In this document: positions 13,001 to 27,900 of the stretch, piece after piece | How the letters are laid out: each line of letters starts with the position of its first letter | Numbering within the stretch: the stretch's first letter is position 1 | Origin: Auanema rhodensis | Lineage: Eukaryota > Animalia > Nematoda | Length of the DNA stretch: 64,000 nucleotides | Direction: 5' to 3' | Assembly: GCA_964057225.1 (NCBI GenBank) | Contig: OZ059895.1 | Coordinates: 23,808,001 to 23,872,000, forward strand | Notes under the pieces: model-generated | Database searches by the model: none | What the model was told of the DNA's origin: nothing | What the model saw: the letters and a program-made list of their open reading frames with translations, nothing else | Position numbers and translations under genes: made by a program

Positions 13001-13548
13001 TTTACGTGAACTTTAATTTATGCTAATTAAATGTACACGTGATGTGCACTTGGTATGTAACTCGCTTCACGTGAAAGATAAAGAGATGCGGTTTTCAAAA
13101 TTAGATTCCCCATTTCCATATTAGTCTAAAAACAAATTTTTATTGATATTGGTTCATGGTAACCATGACTTTGAAATTTACGTGAACTTTAATTTATGCT
13201 AATTAAATGTACACGTGATGTGCACTTGGTATGTAACTCGCTTCACGTGAAAGATAAAGAGATGCGGTTTTCAAAATTAGATTCCCCATGTCCATATTAG
13301 TCTAAAAACAAATTTTTATTGATATTGGTTCATGGTAACCATGACTTTGAAATTTACGTGAACTTTAATTTATGCTAATTAAATGTACACGTGATGTGCA
13401 CTTGGTATGTAACTCGCTTCACGTGAAAGATAAAGAGATGCGGTTTTCAAAATTAGATTCCCTATGTCCATATTAGTCTAAAAACAAATTTTTATTGATA
13501 TTGGTTCATGGTAACCATGACTTTGAAATTTACGTGAACTTTAATTTA

Positions 13549-16500
13549 TGCTAATTAAATGTACACGTGATGTGCACTTGGTATGTAACTCGCTTCACGT
13601 GAAAGATAAAGAGATGCGGTTTTCAAAATTAGATTCCCCATGTCCATATTAGTCTAAAAACAAATTTTTATTGATATTAGTTCATGGTAACCATGACTTT
13701 GAAATTTACGTGAACTTTAATTTATGCTAATTAAATGTACACGTGATGTGCACTTGGTATGTAACTCGCTTCACGTGAAAGATAAAGAGATGCGGTTTTC
13801 AAAATTAGATTCCCCATGTCCATATTAGTCTAAAAACAAATTTTTATTGATATTGGTTCATGGTAACCATGACTTTGAAATTTACGTGAACTTTAATTAA
13901 TGCTAATTAAATGTACACGTAATGTGCACTTGGTATGTAACTCGCTTCACGTGAAAGATAAAGAGATGCGGTTTTCAAAATTAGATTCCCCATGTCCATA
14001 TTAGTCTAAAAACAAATTTTTATTGATATTGCTTCATGGTAACCATGACTTTGAAATTTACGTGAATTTAATTTATGCTAATTAAATGTACACGTGATGT
14101 GCACTTGGTATGTAACTCGCTTCACGTGAAAGATAAAGAGATGCGGTTTTCAAAATTAGATTCCCCATGTCCATATTAGTCTAAAAACAAATTTTTATTG
14201 ATATTGGTTCATGGTAACCATGACTTTGAAATTTACGTGAACTTTAATTTATGCTAATTAAATGTACACGTGATGTGCACTTGGTATGTAACTCGCTTCA
14301 CGTGAAAGATAAAGAGATGCGGTTTTCAAAATTAGATTCCCCATGTCCATATTAGTCTAAAAACAAATTTTTATTGATATTGGTGCATGGTAACCATGAC
14401 TTTGAAATTTACGTGAACTTTAATTTATGCTAATTAAATGTACACGTGATGTGCACTTGGTATGTAACTCGCTTCACGTGAAAGATAAAGAGATGCGGTT
14501 TTCAAAATTAGATTCCCCATTTCCATATTAGTCTAAAAACAAATTTTTATTGATATTGGTTCATGGTAACCATGACTTTGAAATTTACGTGAACTTTAAT
14601 TTATGCTAATTAAATGTACACGTGATGTGCACTTGGTATGTAACTCGCTTCACGTGAAAGATAAAGAGATGCGGTTTTCAAAATTAGATTCCCCATGTCC
14701 ATATTAGTCTAAAAACAAATTTTTATTGATATTGGTTCATGGTAACCATGACTTTGAAATTTACGTGAACTTTAATTTATGCTAATTAAATGTACACGTG
14801 ATGTGCACTTGGTATGTAACTCGCTTCACGTGAAAGATAAAGAGATGCGGTTTTCAAAATTAGATTCCCTATGTCCATATTAGTCTAAAAACAAATTTTT
14901 ATTGATATTGGTTCATGGTAACCATGACTTTGAAATTTACGTGAACTTTAATTTATGCTAATTAAATGTACACGTGATGTGCACTTGGTATGTAACTCGC
15001 TTCACGTGAAAGATAAAGAGATGCGGTTTTCAAAATTAGATTCCCCATGTCCATATTAGTCTAAAAACAAATTTTTATTGATATTAGTTCATGGTAACCA
15101 TGACTTTGAAATTTACGTGAACTTTAATTTATGCTAATTAAATGTACACGTGATGTGCACTTGGTATGTAACTCGCTTCACGTGAAAGATAAAGAGATGC
15201 GGTTTTCAAAATTAGATTCCCCATGTCCATATTAGTCTAAAAACAAATTTTTATTGATATTGGTTCATGGTAACCATGACTTTGAAATTTACGTGAACTT
15301 TAATTAATGCTAATTAATTGTACACGTGATGTGCACTTGGTATGTAACTCGCTTCACGTGAAAGATAAAGAGATGCGGTTTTCAAAATTAGATTCCCCAT
15401 GTCCATATTAGTCTAAAAACAAATTTTTATTGATATTGGTGCATGGTAACCATGACTTTGAAATTTACGTGAACTTTAATTTATGCTAATTAAATGTACA
15501 CGTGATGTGCACTTGGTATGTAACTCGCTTCACGTGAAAGATAAAGAGATGCGGTTTTCAAAATTAGATTCCCCATGTCCATATTAGTCTAAAAACAAAT
15601 TTTTATTGATATTGGTTCATGGTAACCATGACTTTGAAATTTACGTGAACTTTAATTTATGCTAATTAAATGTACACGTGATGTGCACTTGGTATGTAAC
15701 TCGCTTCACGTAAAAGATAAAGAGATGCGGTTTTCAAAATTAGATTCCCCATTTCCATATTAGTCTAAAAACAAATTTTTATTGATATTGGTTCATGGTA
15801 ACCATGACTTTGAAATTTACGTGAACTTTAATTTATGCTAATTAAATGTACACGTGATGTGCACTTGGTATGTAACTCGCTTCACGTGAAAGATAAAGAG
15901 ATGCGGTTTTCAAAATTAGATTCCCCATGTCCATATTAGTCTAAAAACAAATTTTTATTGATATTGGTTCATGGTAACCATGACTTTGAAATTTACGTGA
16001 ACTTTAATTTATGCTAATTAAATGTACACGTGATGTGCACTTGGTATGTAACTCGCTTCACGTGAAAGATAAAGAGATGCGGTTTTCAAAATTAGATTCC
16101 CTATGTCCATATTAGTCTAAAAACAAATTTTTATTGATATTGGTTCATGGTAACCATGACTTTGAAATTTACGTGAACTTTAATTTATGCTAATTAAATG
16201 TACACGTGATGTGCACTTGGTATGTAACTCGCTTCACGTGAAAGATAAAGAGATGCGGTTTTCAAAATTAGATTCCCCATGTCCATATTAGTCTAAAAAC
16301 AAATTTTTATTGATATTAGTTCATGGTAACCATGACTTTGAAATTTACGTGAACTTTAATTTATGCTAATTAAATGTACACGTGATGTGCACTTGGTATG
16401 TAACTCGCTTCACGTGAAAGATAAAGAGATGCGGTTTTCAAAATTAGATTTCCTATGTCCATATTAGTCTAAAAACAAATTTTTATTGATATTGGTTCAT

Positions 16501-19500
16501 GGTAACCATGACTTTGAAATTTACGTGAACTTTAATTTATGCTAATTAAATGTACACGTGATGTGCACTTGGTATGTAACTCGCTTCACGTGAAAGATAA
16601 AGAGATGCGGTTTTCAAAATTAGATTCCCCATGTCCATATTAGTCTAAAAACAAATTTTTATTGATATTAGTTCATGGTAACCATGACTTTGAAATTTAC
16701 GTGAACTTTAATTTATGCTAATTAAATGTACACGTGATGTGCACTTGGTATGTAACTCGCTTCACGTGAAAGATAAAGAGATGCGGTTTTCAAAATTAGA
16801 TTCCCCATGTCCATATTAGTCTAAAAACAAATTTTTATTGATATTGGTTCATGGTAACCATGACTTTGAAATTTACGTGAACTTTAATTAATGCTAATTA
16901 AATGTACACGTGATGTGCACTTGGTATGTAACTCGCTTCACGTGAAAGATAAAGAGATGCGGTTTTCAAAATTAGATTCCCCATGTCCATATTAGTCTAA
17001 AAACAAATTTTTATTGATATTGCTTCATGGTAACCATGACTTTGAAATTTACGTGAATTTAATTTATGCTAATTAAATGTACACGTGATGTGCACTTGGT
17101 ATGTAACTCGCTTCACGTGAAAGATAAAGAGATGCGGTTTTCAAAATTAGATTCCCCATGTCCATATTAGTCTAAAAACAAATTTTTATTGATATTGGTT
17201 CATGGTAACCATGACTTTGAAATTTACGTGAACTTTAATTTATGCTAATTAAATGTACACGTGATGTGCACTTGGTATGTAACTCGCTTCACGTGAAAGA
17301 TAAAGAGATGCGGTTTTCAAAATTAGATTCCCCATGTCCATATTAGTCTAAAAACAAATTTTTATTGATATTGGTGCATGGTAACCATGACTTTGAAATT
17401 TACGTGAACTTTAATTTATGCTAATTAAATGTACACGTGATGTGCACTTGGTATGTAACTCGCTTCACGTGAAAGATAAAGAGATGCGGTTTTCAAAATT
17501 AGATTCCCCATTTCCATATTAGTCTAAAAACAAATTTTTATTGATATTGGTTCATGGTAACCATGACTTTGAAATTTACGTGAACTTTAATTTATGCTAA
17601 TTAAATGTACACGTGATGTGCACTTGGTATGTAACTCGCTTCACGTGAAAGATAAAGAGATGCGGTTTTCAAAATTAGATTCCCCATGTCCATATTAGTC
17701 TAAAAACAAATTTTTATTGATATTGGTTCATGGTAACCATGACTTTGAAATTTACGTGAACTTTAATTTATGCTAATTAAATGTACACGTGATGTGCACT
17801 TGGTATGTAACTCGCTTCACGTGAAAGATAAAGAGATGCGGTTTTCAAAATTAGATTCCCTATGTCCATATTAGTCTAAAAACAAATTTTTATTGATATT
17901 GGTTCATGGTAACCATGACTTTGAAATTTACGTGAACTTTAATTTATGCTAATTAAATGTACACGTGATGTGCACTTGGTATGTAACTCGCTTCACGTGA
18001 AAGATAAAGAGATGCGGTTTTCAAAATTAGATTCCCCATGTCCATATTAGTCTAAAAACAAATTTTTATTGATATTAGTTCATGGTAACCATGACTTTGA
18101 AATTTACGTGAACTTTAATTTATGCTAATTAAATGTACACGTGATGTGCACTTGGTATGTAACTCGCTTCACGTGAAAGATAAAGAGATGCGGTTTTCAA
18201 AATTAGATTCCCCATGTCCATATTAGTCTAAAAACAAATTTTTATTGATATTGGTTCATGGTAACCATGACTTTGAAATTTACGTGAACTTTAATTAATG
18301 CTAATTAATTGTACACGTGATGTGCACTTGGTATGTAACTCGCTTCACGTGAAAGATAAAGAGATGCGGTTTTCAAAATTAGATTCCCCATGTCCATATT
18401 AGTCTAAAAACAAATTTTTATTGATATTGGTGCATGGTAACCATGACTTTGAAATTTACGTGAACTTTAATTTATGCTAATTAAATGTACACGTGATGTG
18501 CACTTGGTATGTAACTCGCTTCACGTGAAAGATAAAGAGATGCGGTTTTCAAAATTAGATTCCCCATGTCCATATTAGTCTAAAAACAAATTTTTATTGA
18601 TATTGGTTCATGGTAACCATGACTTTGAAATTTACGTGAACTTTAATTTATGCTAATTAAATGTACACGTGATGTGCACTTGGTATGTAACTCGCTTCAC
18701 GTAAAAGATAAAGAGATGCGGTTTTCAAAATTAGATTCCCCATTTCCATATTAGTCTAAAAACAAATTTTTATTGATATTGGTTCATGGTAACCATGACT
18801 TTGAAATTTACGTGAACTTTAATTTATGCTAATTAAATGTACACGTGATGTGCACTTGGTATGTAACTCGCTTCACGTGAAAGATAAAGAGATGCGGTTT
18901 TCAAAATTAGATTCCCCATGTCCATATTAGTCTAAAAACAAATTTTTATTGATATTGGTTCATGGTAACCATGACTTTGAAATTTACGTGAACTTTAATT
19001 TATGCTAATTAAATGTACACGTGATGTGCACTTGGTATGTAACTCGCTTCACGTGAAAGATAAAGAGATGCGGTTTTCAAAATTAGATTCCCTATGTCCA
19101 TATTAGTCTAAAAACAAATTTTTATTGATATTGGTTCATGGTAACCATGACTTTGAAATTTACGTGAACTTTAATTTATGCTAATTAAATGTACACGTGA
19201 TGTGCACTTGGTATGTAACTCGCTTCACGTGAAAGATAAAGAGATGCGGTTTTCAAAATTAGATTCCCCATGTCCATATTAGTCTAAAAACAAATTTTTA
19301 TTGATATTAGTTCATGGTAACCATGACTTTGAAATTTACGTGAACTTTAATTTATGCTAATTAAATGTACACGTGATGTGCACTTGGTATGTAACTCGCT
19401 TCACGTGAAAGATAAAGAGATGCGGTTTTCAAAATTAGATTTCCTATGTCCATATTAGTCTAAAAACAAATTTTTATTGATATTGGTTCATGGTAACCAT

Positions 19501-21520
19501 GACTTTGAAATTTACGTGAACTTTAATTTATGCTAATTAAATGTACACGTGATGTGCACTTGGTATGTAACTCGCTTCACGTGAAAGATAAAGAGATGCG
19601 GTTTTCAAAATTAGATTCCCCATGTCCATATTAGTCTAAAAACAAATTTTTATTGATATTGGTTCATGGTAACCATGACTTTGAAATTTACGTGAACTTT
19701 AATTAATGCTAATTAAATGTACACGTGATGTGCACTTGGTATGTAACTCGCTTCACGTGAAAGATAAAGAGATGCGGTTTTCAAAATTAGATTCCCCATG
19801 TCCATATTAGTCTAAAAACAAATTTTTATTGATATTGCTTCATGGTAACCATGACTTTGAAATTTACGTGAATTTAATTTATGCTAATTAAATGTACACG
19901 TGATGTGCACTTAGTATGTAACTCGCTTCACGTGAAAGATAAAGAGATGCGGTTTTCAAAATTAGATTCCCCATGTCCATATTAGTCTAAAAACAAATTT
20001 TTATTGATATTGGTTCATGGTAACCATGACTTTGAAATTTACGTGAACTTTAATTTATGCTAATTAAATGTACACGTGATGTGCACTTGGTATGTAACTC
20101 GCTTCACGTGAAAGATAAAGAGATGCGGTTTTCAAAATTAGATTCCCCATGTCCATATTAGTCTAAAAACAAATTTTTATTGATATTGGTGCATGGTAAC
20201 CATGACTTTGAAATTTACGTGAACTTTAATTTATGCTAATTAAATGTACACGTGATGTGCACTTGGTATGTAACTCGCTTCACGTGAAAGATAAAGAGAT
20301 GCGGTTTTCAAAATTAGATTCCCCATTTCCATATTAGTCTAAAAACAAATTTTTATTGATATTGGTTCATGGTAACCATGACTTTGAAATTTACGTGAAC
20401 TTTAATTTATGCTAATTAAATGTACACGTGATGTGCACTTGGTATGTAACTCGCTTCACGTGAAAGATAAAGAGATGCGGTTTTCAAAATTAGATTCCCC
20501 ATGTCCATATTAGTCTAAAAACAAATTTTTATTGATATTGGTTCATGGTAACCATGACTTTGAAATTTACGTGAACTTTAATTTATGCTAATTAAATGTA
20601 CACGTGATGTGCACTTGGTATGTAACTCGCTTCACGTGAAAGATAAAGAGATGCGGTTTTCAAAATTAGATTCCCTATGTCCATATTAGTCTAAAAACAA
20701 ATTTTTATTGATATTGGTTCATGGTAACCATGACTTTGAAATTTACGTGAACTTTAATTTATGCTAATTAAATGTACACGTGATGTGCACTTGGTATGTA
20801 ACTCGCTTCACGTGAAAGATAAAGAGATGCGGTTTTCAAAATTAGATTCCCCATGTCCATATTAGTCTAAAAACAAATTTTTATTGATATTAGTTCATGG
20901 TAACCATGACTTTGAAATTTACGTGAACTTTAATTTATGCTAATTAAATGTACACGTGATGTGCACTTGGTATGTAACTCGCTTCACGTGAAAGATAAAG
21001 AGATGCGGTTTTCAAAATTAGATTCCCCATGTCCATATTAGTCTAAAAACAAATTTTTATTGATATTGGTTCATGGTAACCATGACTTTGAAATTTACGT
21101 GAACTTTAATTAATGCTAATTAATTGTACACGTGATGTGCACTTGGTATGTAACTCGCTTCACGTGAAAGATAAAGAGATGCGGTTTTCAAAATTAGATT
21201 CCCCATGTCCATATTAGTCTAAAAACAAATTTTTATTGATATTGGTGCATGGTAACCATGACTTTGAAATTTACGTGAACTTTAATTTATGCTAATTAAA
21301 TGTACACGTGATGTGCACTTGGTATGTAACTCGCTTCACGTGAAAGATAAAGAGATGCGGTTTTCAAAATTAGATTCCCCATGTCCATATTAGTCTAAAA
21401 ACAAATTTTTATTGATATTGGTTCATGGTAACCATGACTTTGAAATTTACGTGAACTTTAATTTATGCTAATTAAATGTACACGTGATGTGCACTTGGTA
21501 TGTAACTCGCTTCACGTAAA
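13549..21520 (+). repeat. 17-monomer higher-order repeat (2991 bp), 2 full copies plus a partial third
   Basis: 13549-16539 matches 16540-19530 except for G21A. Diagnostic G53A lies in monomers at 15660, 18651 and 21466; C88T+C91T at 16364 and 19355; delC167 near 14066, 17057 and 19872. The third copy, from 19531, lacks the first monomer and is truncated. Confidence 0.88.
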
Positions 21521-21641
21521 AGATAAAGAGATGCGGTTTTCAAAATTAGATTCCCCATGTCCATATTAGTCTAAAAACAAATTTTTATTGATATTGGTGC
21601 ATGGTAACCATGACTTTGAAATTTACGTGTACTTTAATTTA

Positions 21642-24600
21642 TGCTAATTAAATGTACACGTGATGTGCACTTGGTATGTAACTCGCTTCACGTGAAAGAT
21701 AAAGAGATGCGGTTTTCAAAATTAGATTCCCCATGTCCATATTAGTCTAAAAACAAATTTTTATTGATATTGCTTCATGGTAACCATGACTTTGAAATTT
21801 ACGTGAACTTTAATTTATGCTAATTAAATGTACACGTGATGTGCACTTGGTATGTAACTCGCTTCACGTGAAAGATAAAGAGATGCGGTTTTCAAAATTA
21901 GATTCCTCATGTCCATATTAGTCTAAAAACAAATTTTTATTGATATTGGTGCATGGTAACCATGACTTTGAAATTTACGTAAACTTTAATTTATGCTAAT
22001 TAAATGTACACGTGATGTGCACTTGGTATGTAACTCGCTTCACGTGAAAGATAAAGAGATGCGGTTTTCAAAATTAGATTCCCCATGTCCATATTAGTCT
22101 AAAAACAAATTTTTATTGATATTGGTGCATGGTAACCATGACTTTGAAATTTACGTGAACTTTAATTTATGCTAATTAAATGTACACGTGATGTGCACTT
22201 GGTATGTAACTCGCTTCACGTGAAAGATGAAGAGATGCGGTTTTCAAAATTAGATTCCCCATGTCCATATTAGTCTAAAAACAAATTTTTATTGATATTG
22301 GTTCATGGTAACCATGACTTTGAAATTTACGTGAACTTTAATTTATGCTAATTAAATGTACACGTGATGTGCACTTGGTATGTAACTCGCTTCACGTGAA
22401 AGATAAAGAGATGCGGTTTTCAAAATTAGATTCCCCATGTCCATATTAGTCTAAAAACAAATTTTTATTGATATTGGTGCATGGTAACCATGACTTTGAA
22501 ATTTACGTGAACTTTAATTTATGCTAATTAAATGTACACGTGATGTGCACTTGGTATGTAACTCGCTTCACGTGAAAGATAAAGAGATGCGGTTTTCAAA
22601 ATTAGATTCCCCATGTCCATATTAGTCTAAAAACAAATTTTTATTGATATTGGTGCATGGTAACCATGACTTTGAAATTTACGTGAACTTTAATTTATGC
22701 TAATTAAATGTACACGTGATGTGCACTTGGTATGTAACTCGCTTCACGTGAAAGATGAAGAGATGCGGTTTTCAAAATTAGATTCCCCATTTCCATATTA
22801 GTCTAAAAACAAATTTTTATTGATATTGGTTCATGGTAACCATGACTTTGAAATTTACGTGAACTTTAATTTATGCTAATTAAATGTACACGTGATGTGC
22901 ACTTGGTATGTAACTCGCTTCACGTGAAAGATAAAGAGATGCGGTTTTCAAAATTAGATTCCCTATGTCCATATTAGTCTAAAAACAAATTTTTATTGAT
23001 ATTGGTTCATGGTAACCATGACTTTGAAATTTACGTGAACTTTAATTTATGCTAATTAAATGTACACGTGATGTGCACTTGGTATGTAACTCGCTTCACG
23101 TGAAAGATAAAGAGATGCGGTTTTCAAAATTAGATTCCCCATGTCCATATTAGTCTAAAAACAAATTTTTATTGATATTGGTTCATGGTAACCATGACTT
23201 TGAAATTTACGTGAACTTTAATTTATGCTAATTAAATGTACACGTGATGTGCACTTGGTATGTAACTCGCTTCACGTGAAAGATAAAGAGATGCGGTTTT
23301 CAAAATTAGATTCCCCATGTCCATATTAGTCTAAAAACAAATTTTTATTGATATTGGTGCATGGTAACCATGACTTTGAAATTTACGTGAACTTTAATTT
23401 ATGCTAATTAAATGTACACGTGATGTGCACTTGGTATGTAACTCGCTTCACGTGAAAGATAAAGAGATGCGGTTTTCAAAATTAGATTCCCCATGTCCAT
23501 ATTAGTCTAAAAACAAATTTTTATTGATATTGCTTCATGGTAACCATGACTTTGAAATTTACGTGAACTTTAATTTATGCTAATTAAATGTACACGTGAT
23601 GTGCACTTGGTATGTAACTCGCTTCACGTGAAAGATAAAGAGATGCGGTTTTCAAAATTAGATTCCTCATGTCCATATTAGTCTAAAAACAAATTTTTAT
23701 TGATATTGGTGCATGGTAACCATGACTTTGAAATTTACGTGAACTTTAATTTATGCTAATTAAATGTACACGTGATGTGCACTTGGTATGTAACTCGCTT
23801 CACGTGAAAGATAAAGAGATGCGGTTTTCAAAATTAGATTCCCCATGTCCATATTAGTCTAAAAACAAATTTTTATTGATATTGGTGCATGGTAACCATG
23901 ACTTTGAAATTTACGTGAACTTTAATTTATGCTAATTAAATGTACACGTGATGTGCACTTGGTATGTAACTCGCTTCACGTGAAAGATGAAGAGATGCGG
24001 TTTTCAAAATTAGATTCCCCATGTCCATATTAGTCTAAAAACAAATTTTTATTGATATTGGTTCATGGTAACCATGACTTTGAAATTTACGTGAACTTTA
24101 ATTTATGCTAATTAAATGTACACGTGATGTGCACTTGGTATGTAACTCGCTTCACGTGAAAGATAAAGAGATGCGGTTTTCAAAATTAGATTCCCCATGT
24201 CCATATTAGTCTAAAAACAAATTTTTATTGATATTGGTGCATGGTAACCATGACTTTGAAATTTACGTGAACTTTAATTTATGCTAATTAAATGTACACG
24301 TGATGTGCACTTGGTATGTAACTCGCTTCACGTGAAAGATAAAGAGATGCGGTTTTCAAAATTAGATTCCCCATGTCCATATTAGTCTAAAAACAAATTT
24401 TTATTGATATTGGTGCATGGTAACCATGACTTTGAAATTTACGTGAACTTTAATTTATGCTAATTAAATGTACACGTGATGTGCACTTGGTATGTAACTC
24501 GCTTCACGTGAAAGATGAAGAGATGCGGTTTTCAAAATTAGATTCCCCATTTCCATATTAGTCTAAAAACAAATTTTTTTTGATATTGGTTCATGGTAAC

Positions 24601-24985
24601 CATGACTTTGAAATTTACGTGAACTTTAATTTATGCTAATTAAATGTACACGTGATGTGCACTTGGTATGTAACTCGCTTCACGTGAAAGATAAAGAGAT
24701 GCGGTTTTCAAAATTAGATTCCCTATGTCCATATTAGTCTAAAAACAAATTTTTATTGATATTGGTTCATGGTAACCATGACTTTGAAATTTACGTGAAC
24801 TTTAATTTATGCTAATTAAATGTACACGTGATGTGCACTTGGTATGTAACTCGCTTCACGTGAAAGATAAAGAGATGCGGTTTTCAAAATTAGATTCCCC
24901 ATGTCCATATTAGTCTAAAAACAAATTTTTATTGATATTGGTTCATGGTAACCATGACTTTGAAATTTACGTGAACTTTAATTTA
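21642..24985 (+). repeat. 10-monomer period duplication (1760 bp)
   Basis: The order G132C; C90T+T134G; T134G; A60G; T134G; T134G; A60G+G94T; C91T; consensus starts at 21642 and again at 23402. Confidence 0.82.
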
Positions 24986-27900
24986 TGCTGATTAAATGTA
25001 CACGTGATGTGCACTTGGTATGTAACTCGCTTCACGTGAAAGATAAAGAGATGCGGTTTTCAAAATTAGATTCCCTATGTCCATATTAGTCTAAAAACAA
25101 ATTTTTATTGATATTGGTTCATGGTAACCATGACTTTGAAATTTACGTGAACTTTAATTTATGCTAATTAAATGTACACGTGATGTGCACTTGGTATGTA
25201 ACTCGCTTCACGTGAAAGATAAAGAGATGCGGTTTTCAAAATTAGATTCCCCATGTCCATATTAGTCTAAAAACAAATTTTTATTGATATTAGTTCATGG
25301 TAACCATGACTTTGAAATTTACGTGAACTTTAATTTATGCTAATTAAATGTACACGTGATGTGCACTTGGTATGTAACTCGCTTCACGTGAAAGATAAAG
25401 AGATGCGGTTTTCAAAATTAGATTCCCCATGTTCATATTAGTCTAAAAACAAATTTTTATTGATATTGGTTCATGGTAACCATGACTTTGAAATTTACGT
25501 GAACTTTAATTTATGCTGATTAAATGTACACGTGATGTGCACTTGGTATGTAACTCGCTTCACGTGAAAGATAAAGAGATGCGGTTTTCAAAATTAGATT
25601 CCCTATGTCCATATTAGTCTAAAAACAAATTTTTATTGATATTGGTTCATGGTAACCATGACTTTGAAATTTACGTGAACTTTAATTTATGCTAATTAAA
25701 TGTACACGTGATGTGCACTTGGTATGTAACTCGCTTCACGTGAAAGATAAAGAGATGCGGTTTTCAAAATTAGATTCCCCATGTCCATATTAGTCTAAAA
25801 ACAAATTTTTATTGATATTAGTTCATGGTAACCATGACTTTGAAATTTACGTGAACTTTAATTTATGCTAATTAAATGTACACGTGATGTGCACTTGGTA
25901 TGTAACTCGCTTCACGTGAAAGATAAAGAGATGCGGTTTTCAAAATTAGATTCCCCATGTCCATATTAGTCTAAAAACAAATTTTTATTGATATTGGTTC
26001 ATGGTAACCATGACTTTGAAATTTACGTGAACTTTAATTAATGCTAATTAAATGTACACGTGATGTGCACTTGGTATGTAACTCGCTTCACGTGAAAGAT
26101 AAAGAGATGCGGTTTTCAAAATTAGATTCCCCATGTCCATATTAGTCTAAAAACAAATTTTTATTGATATTGCTTCATGGTAACCATGACTTTGAAATTT
26201 ACGTGAACTTTAATTTATGCTAATTAAATGTACACGTGATGTGCACTTGGTGTGTAACTCGCTTCACGTGAAAGATAAAGAGATGCGGTTATCAAAATTA
26301 GATTCCCCATGTCCATATTAGTCTAAAAACAAATTTTTATTGATATTGGTTCATGGTAACCATGACTTTGAAATTTACGTGAACTTTAATTTATGCTAAT
26401 TAAATGTACACGTGATGTGCACTTGGTATGTAACTCGCTTCACGTGAAAGATAAAGAGATGCGGTTTTCAAAATTAGATTCCCCATGTCCATATTAGTCT
26501 AAAAACAAATTTTTATTGATATTAGTTCATGGTAACCATGACTTTGAAATTTACGTGAACTTTAATTTATGCTAATTAAATGTACACGTGATGTGCACTT
26601 GGTATGTAACTCGCTTCACGTGAAAGATAAAGAGATGCGGTTTTCAAAATTAGATTCCCCATGTCCATATTAGTCTAAAAACAAATTTTTATTGATATTG
26701 GTTCATGGTAACCATGACTTTGAAATTTACGTGAACTTTAATTAATGCTAATTAAATGTACACGTGATGTGCACTTGGTATGTAACTCGCTTCACGTGAA
26801 AGATAAAGAGATGCGGTTTTCAAAATTAGATTCCCCATGTTCATATTAGTCTAAAAACAAATTTTTATTGATATTGCTTCATGGTAACCATGACTTTGAA
26901 ATTTACGTGAACTTTAATTTATGCTAATTAAATGTACACGTGATGTGCACTTGGTGTGTAACTCGCTTCACGTGAAAGATAAAGAGATGCGGTTATCAAA
27001 ATTAGATTCCCCATGTCCATATTAGTCTAAAAACAAATTTTTATTGATATTGGTGCATGGTAACCATCACTTTGAAATTTACGTGAACTTTAATTTATGC
27101 TAATTAAATGTACACGTGATGTGCACTTGGTATGTAACTCGCTTCACGTGAAAGATAAAGAGATGCGGTTTTCAAAATTAGATTCCCCATGTCCATATTA
27201 GTCTAAAAACAAATTTTTATTGATATTGCTTCATGGTAACCATGACTTTGAAATTTACGTGAACTTTAATTTATGCTAATTAAATGTACACGTGATGTGC
27301 ACTTGGTATGTAACTCGCTTCACGTGAAAGATAAAGAGATGCGGTTTTCAAAATTAGATTCCTCATGTCCATATTAGTCTAAAAACAAATTTTTATTGAT
27401 ATTGGTGCATGGTAACCATGACTTTGAAATTTACGTGAACTTTAATTTATGCTAATTAAATGTACACGTGATGTGCACTTGGTATGTAACTCGCTTCACG
27501 TGAAAGATAAAGAGATGCGGTTTTCAAAATTAGATTCCCCATGTCCATATTAGTCTAAAAACAAATTTTTATTGATATTGGTGCATGGTAACCATGACTT
27601 TGAAATTTACGTGAACTTTAATTTATGCTAATTAAATGTACACGTGATGTGCACTTGGTATGTAACTCGCTTCACGTGAAAGATGAAGAGATGCGGTTTT
27701 CAAAATTAGATTCCCCATGTCCATATTAGTCTAAAAACAAATTTTTATTGATATTGGTTCATGGTAACCATGACTTTGAAATTTACGTGAACTTTAATTT
27801 ATGCTAATTAAATGTACACGTGATGTGCACTTGGTATGTAACTCGCTTCACGTGAAAGATAAAGAGATGCGGTTTTCAAAATTAGATTCCCCATGTCCAT

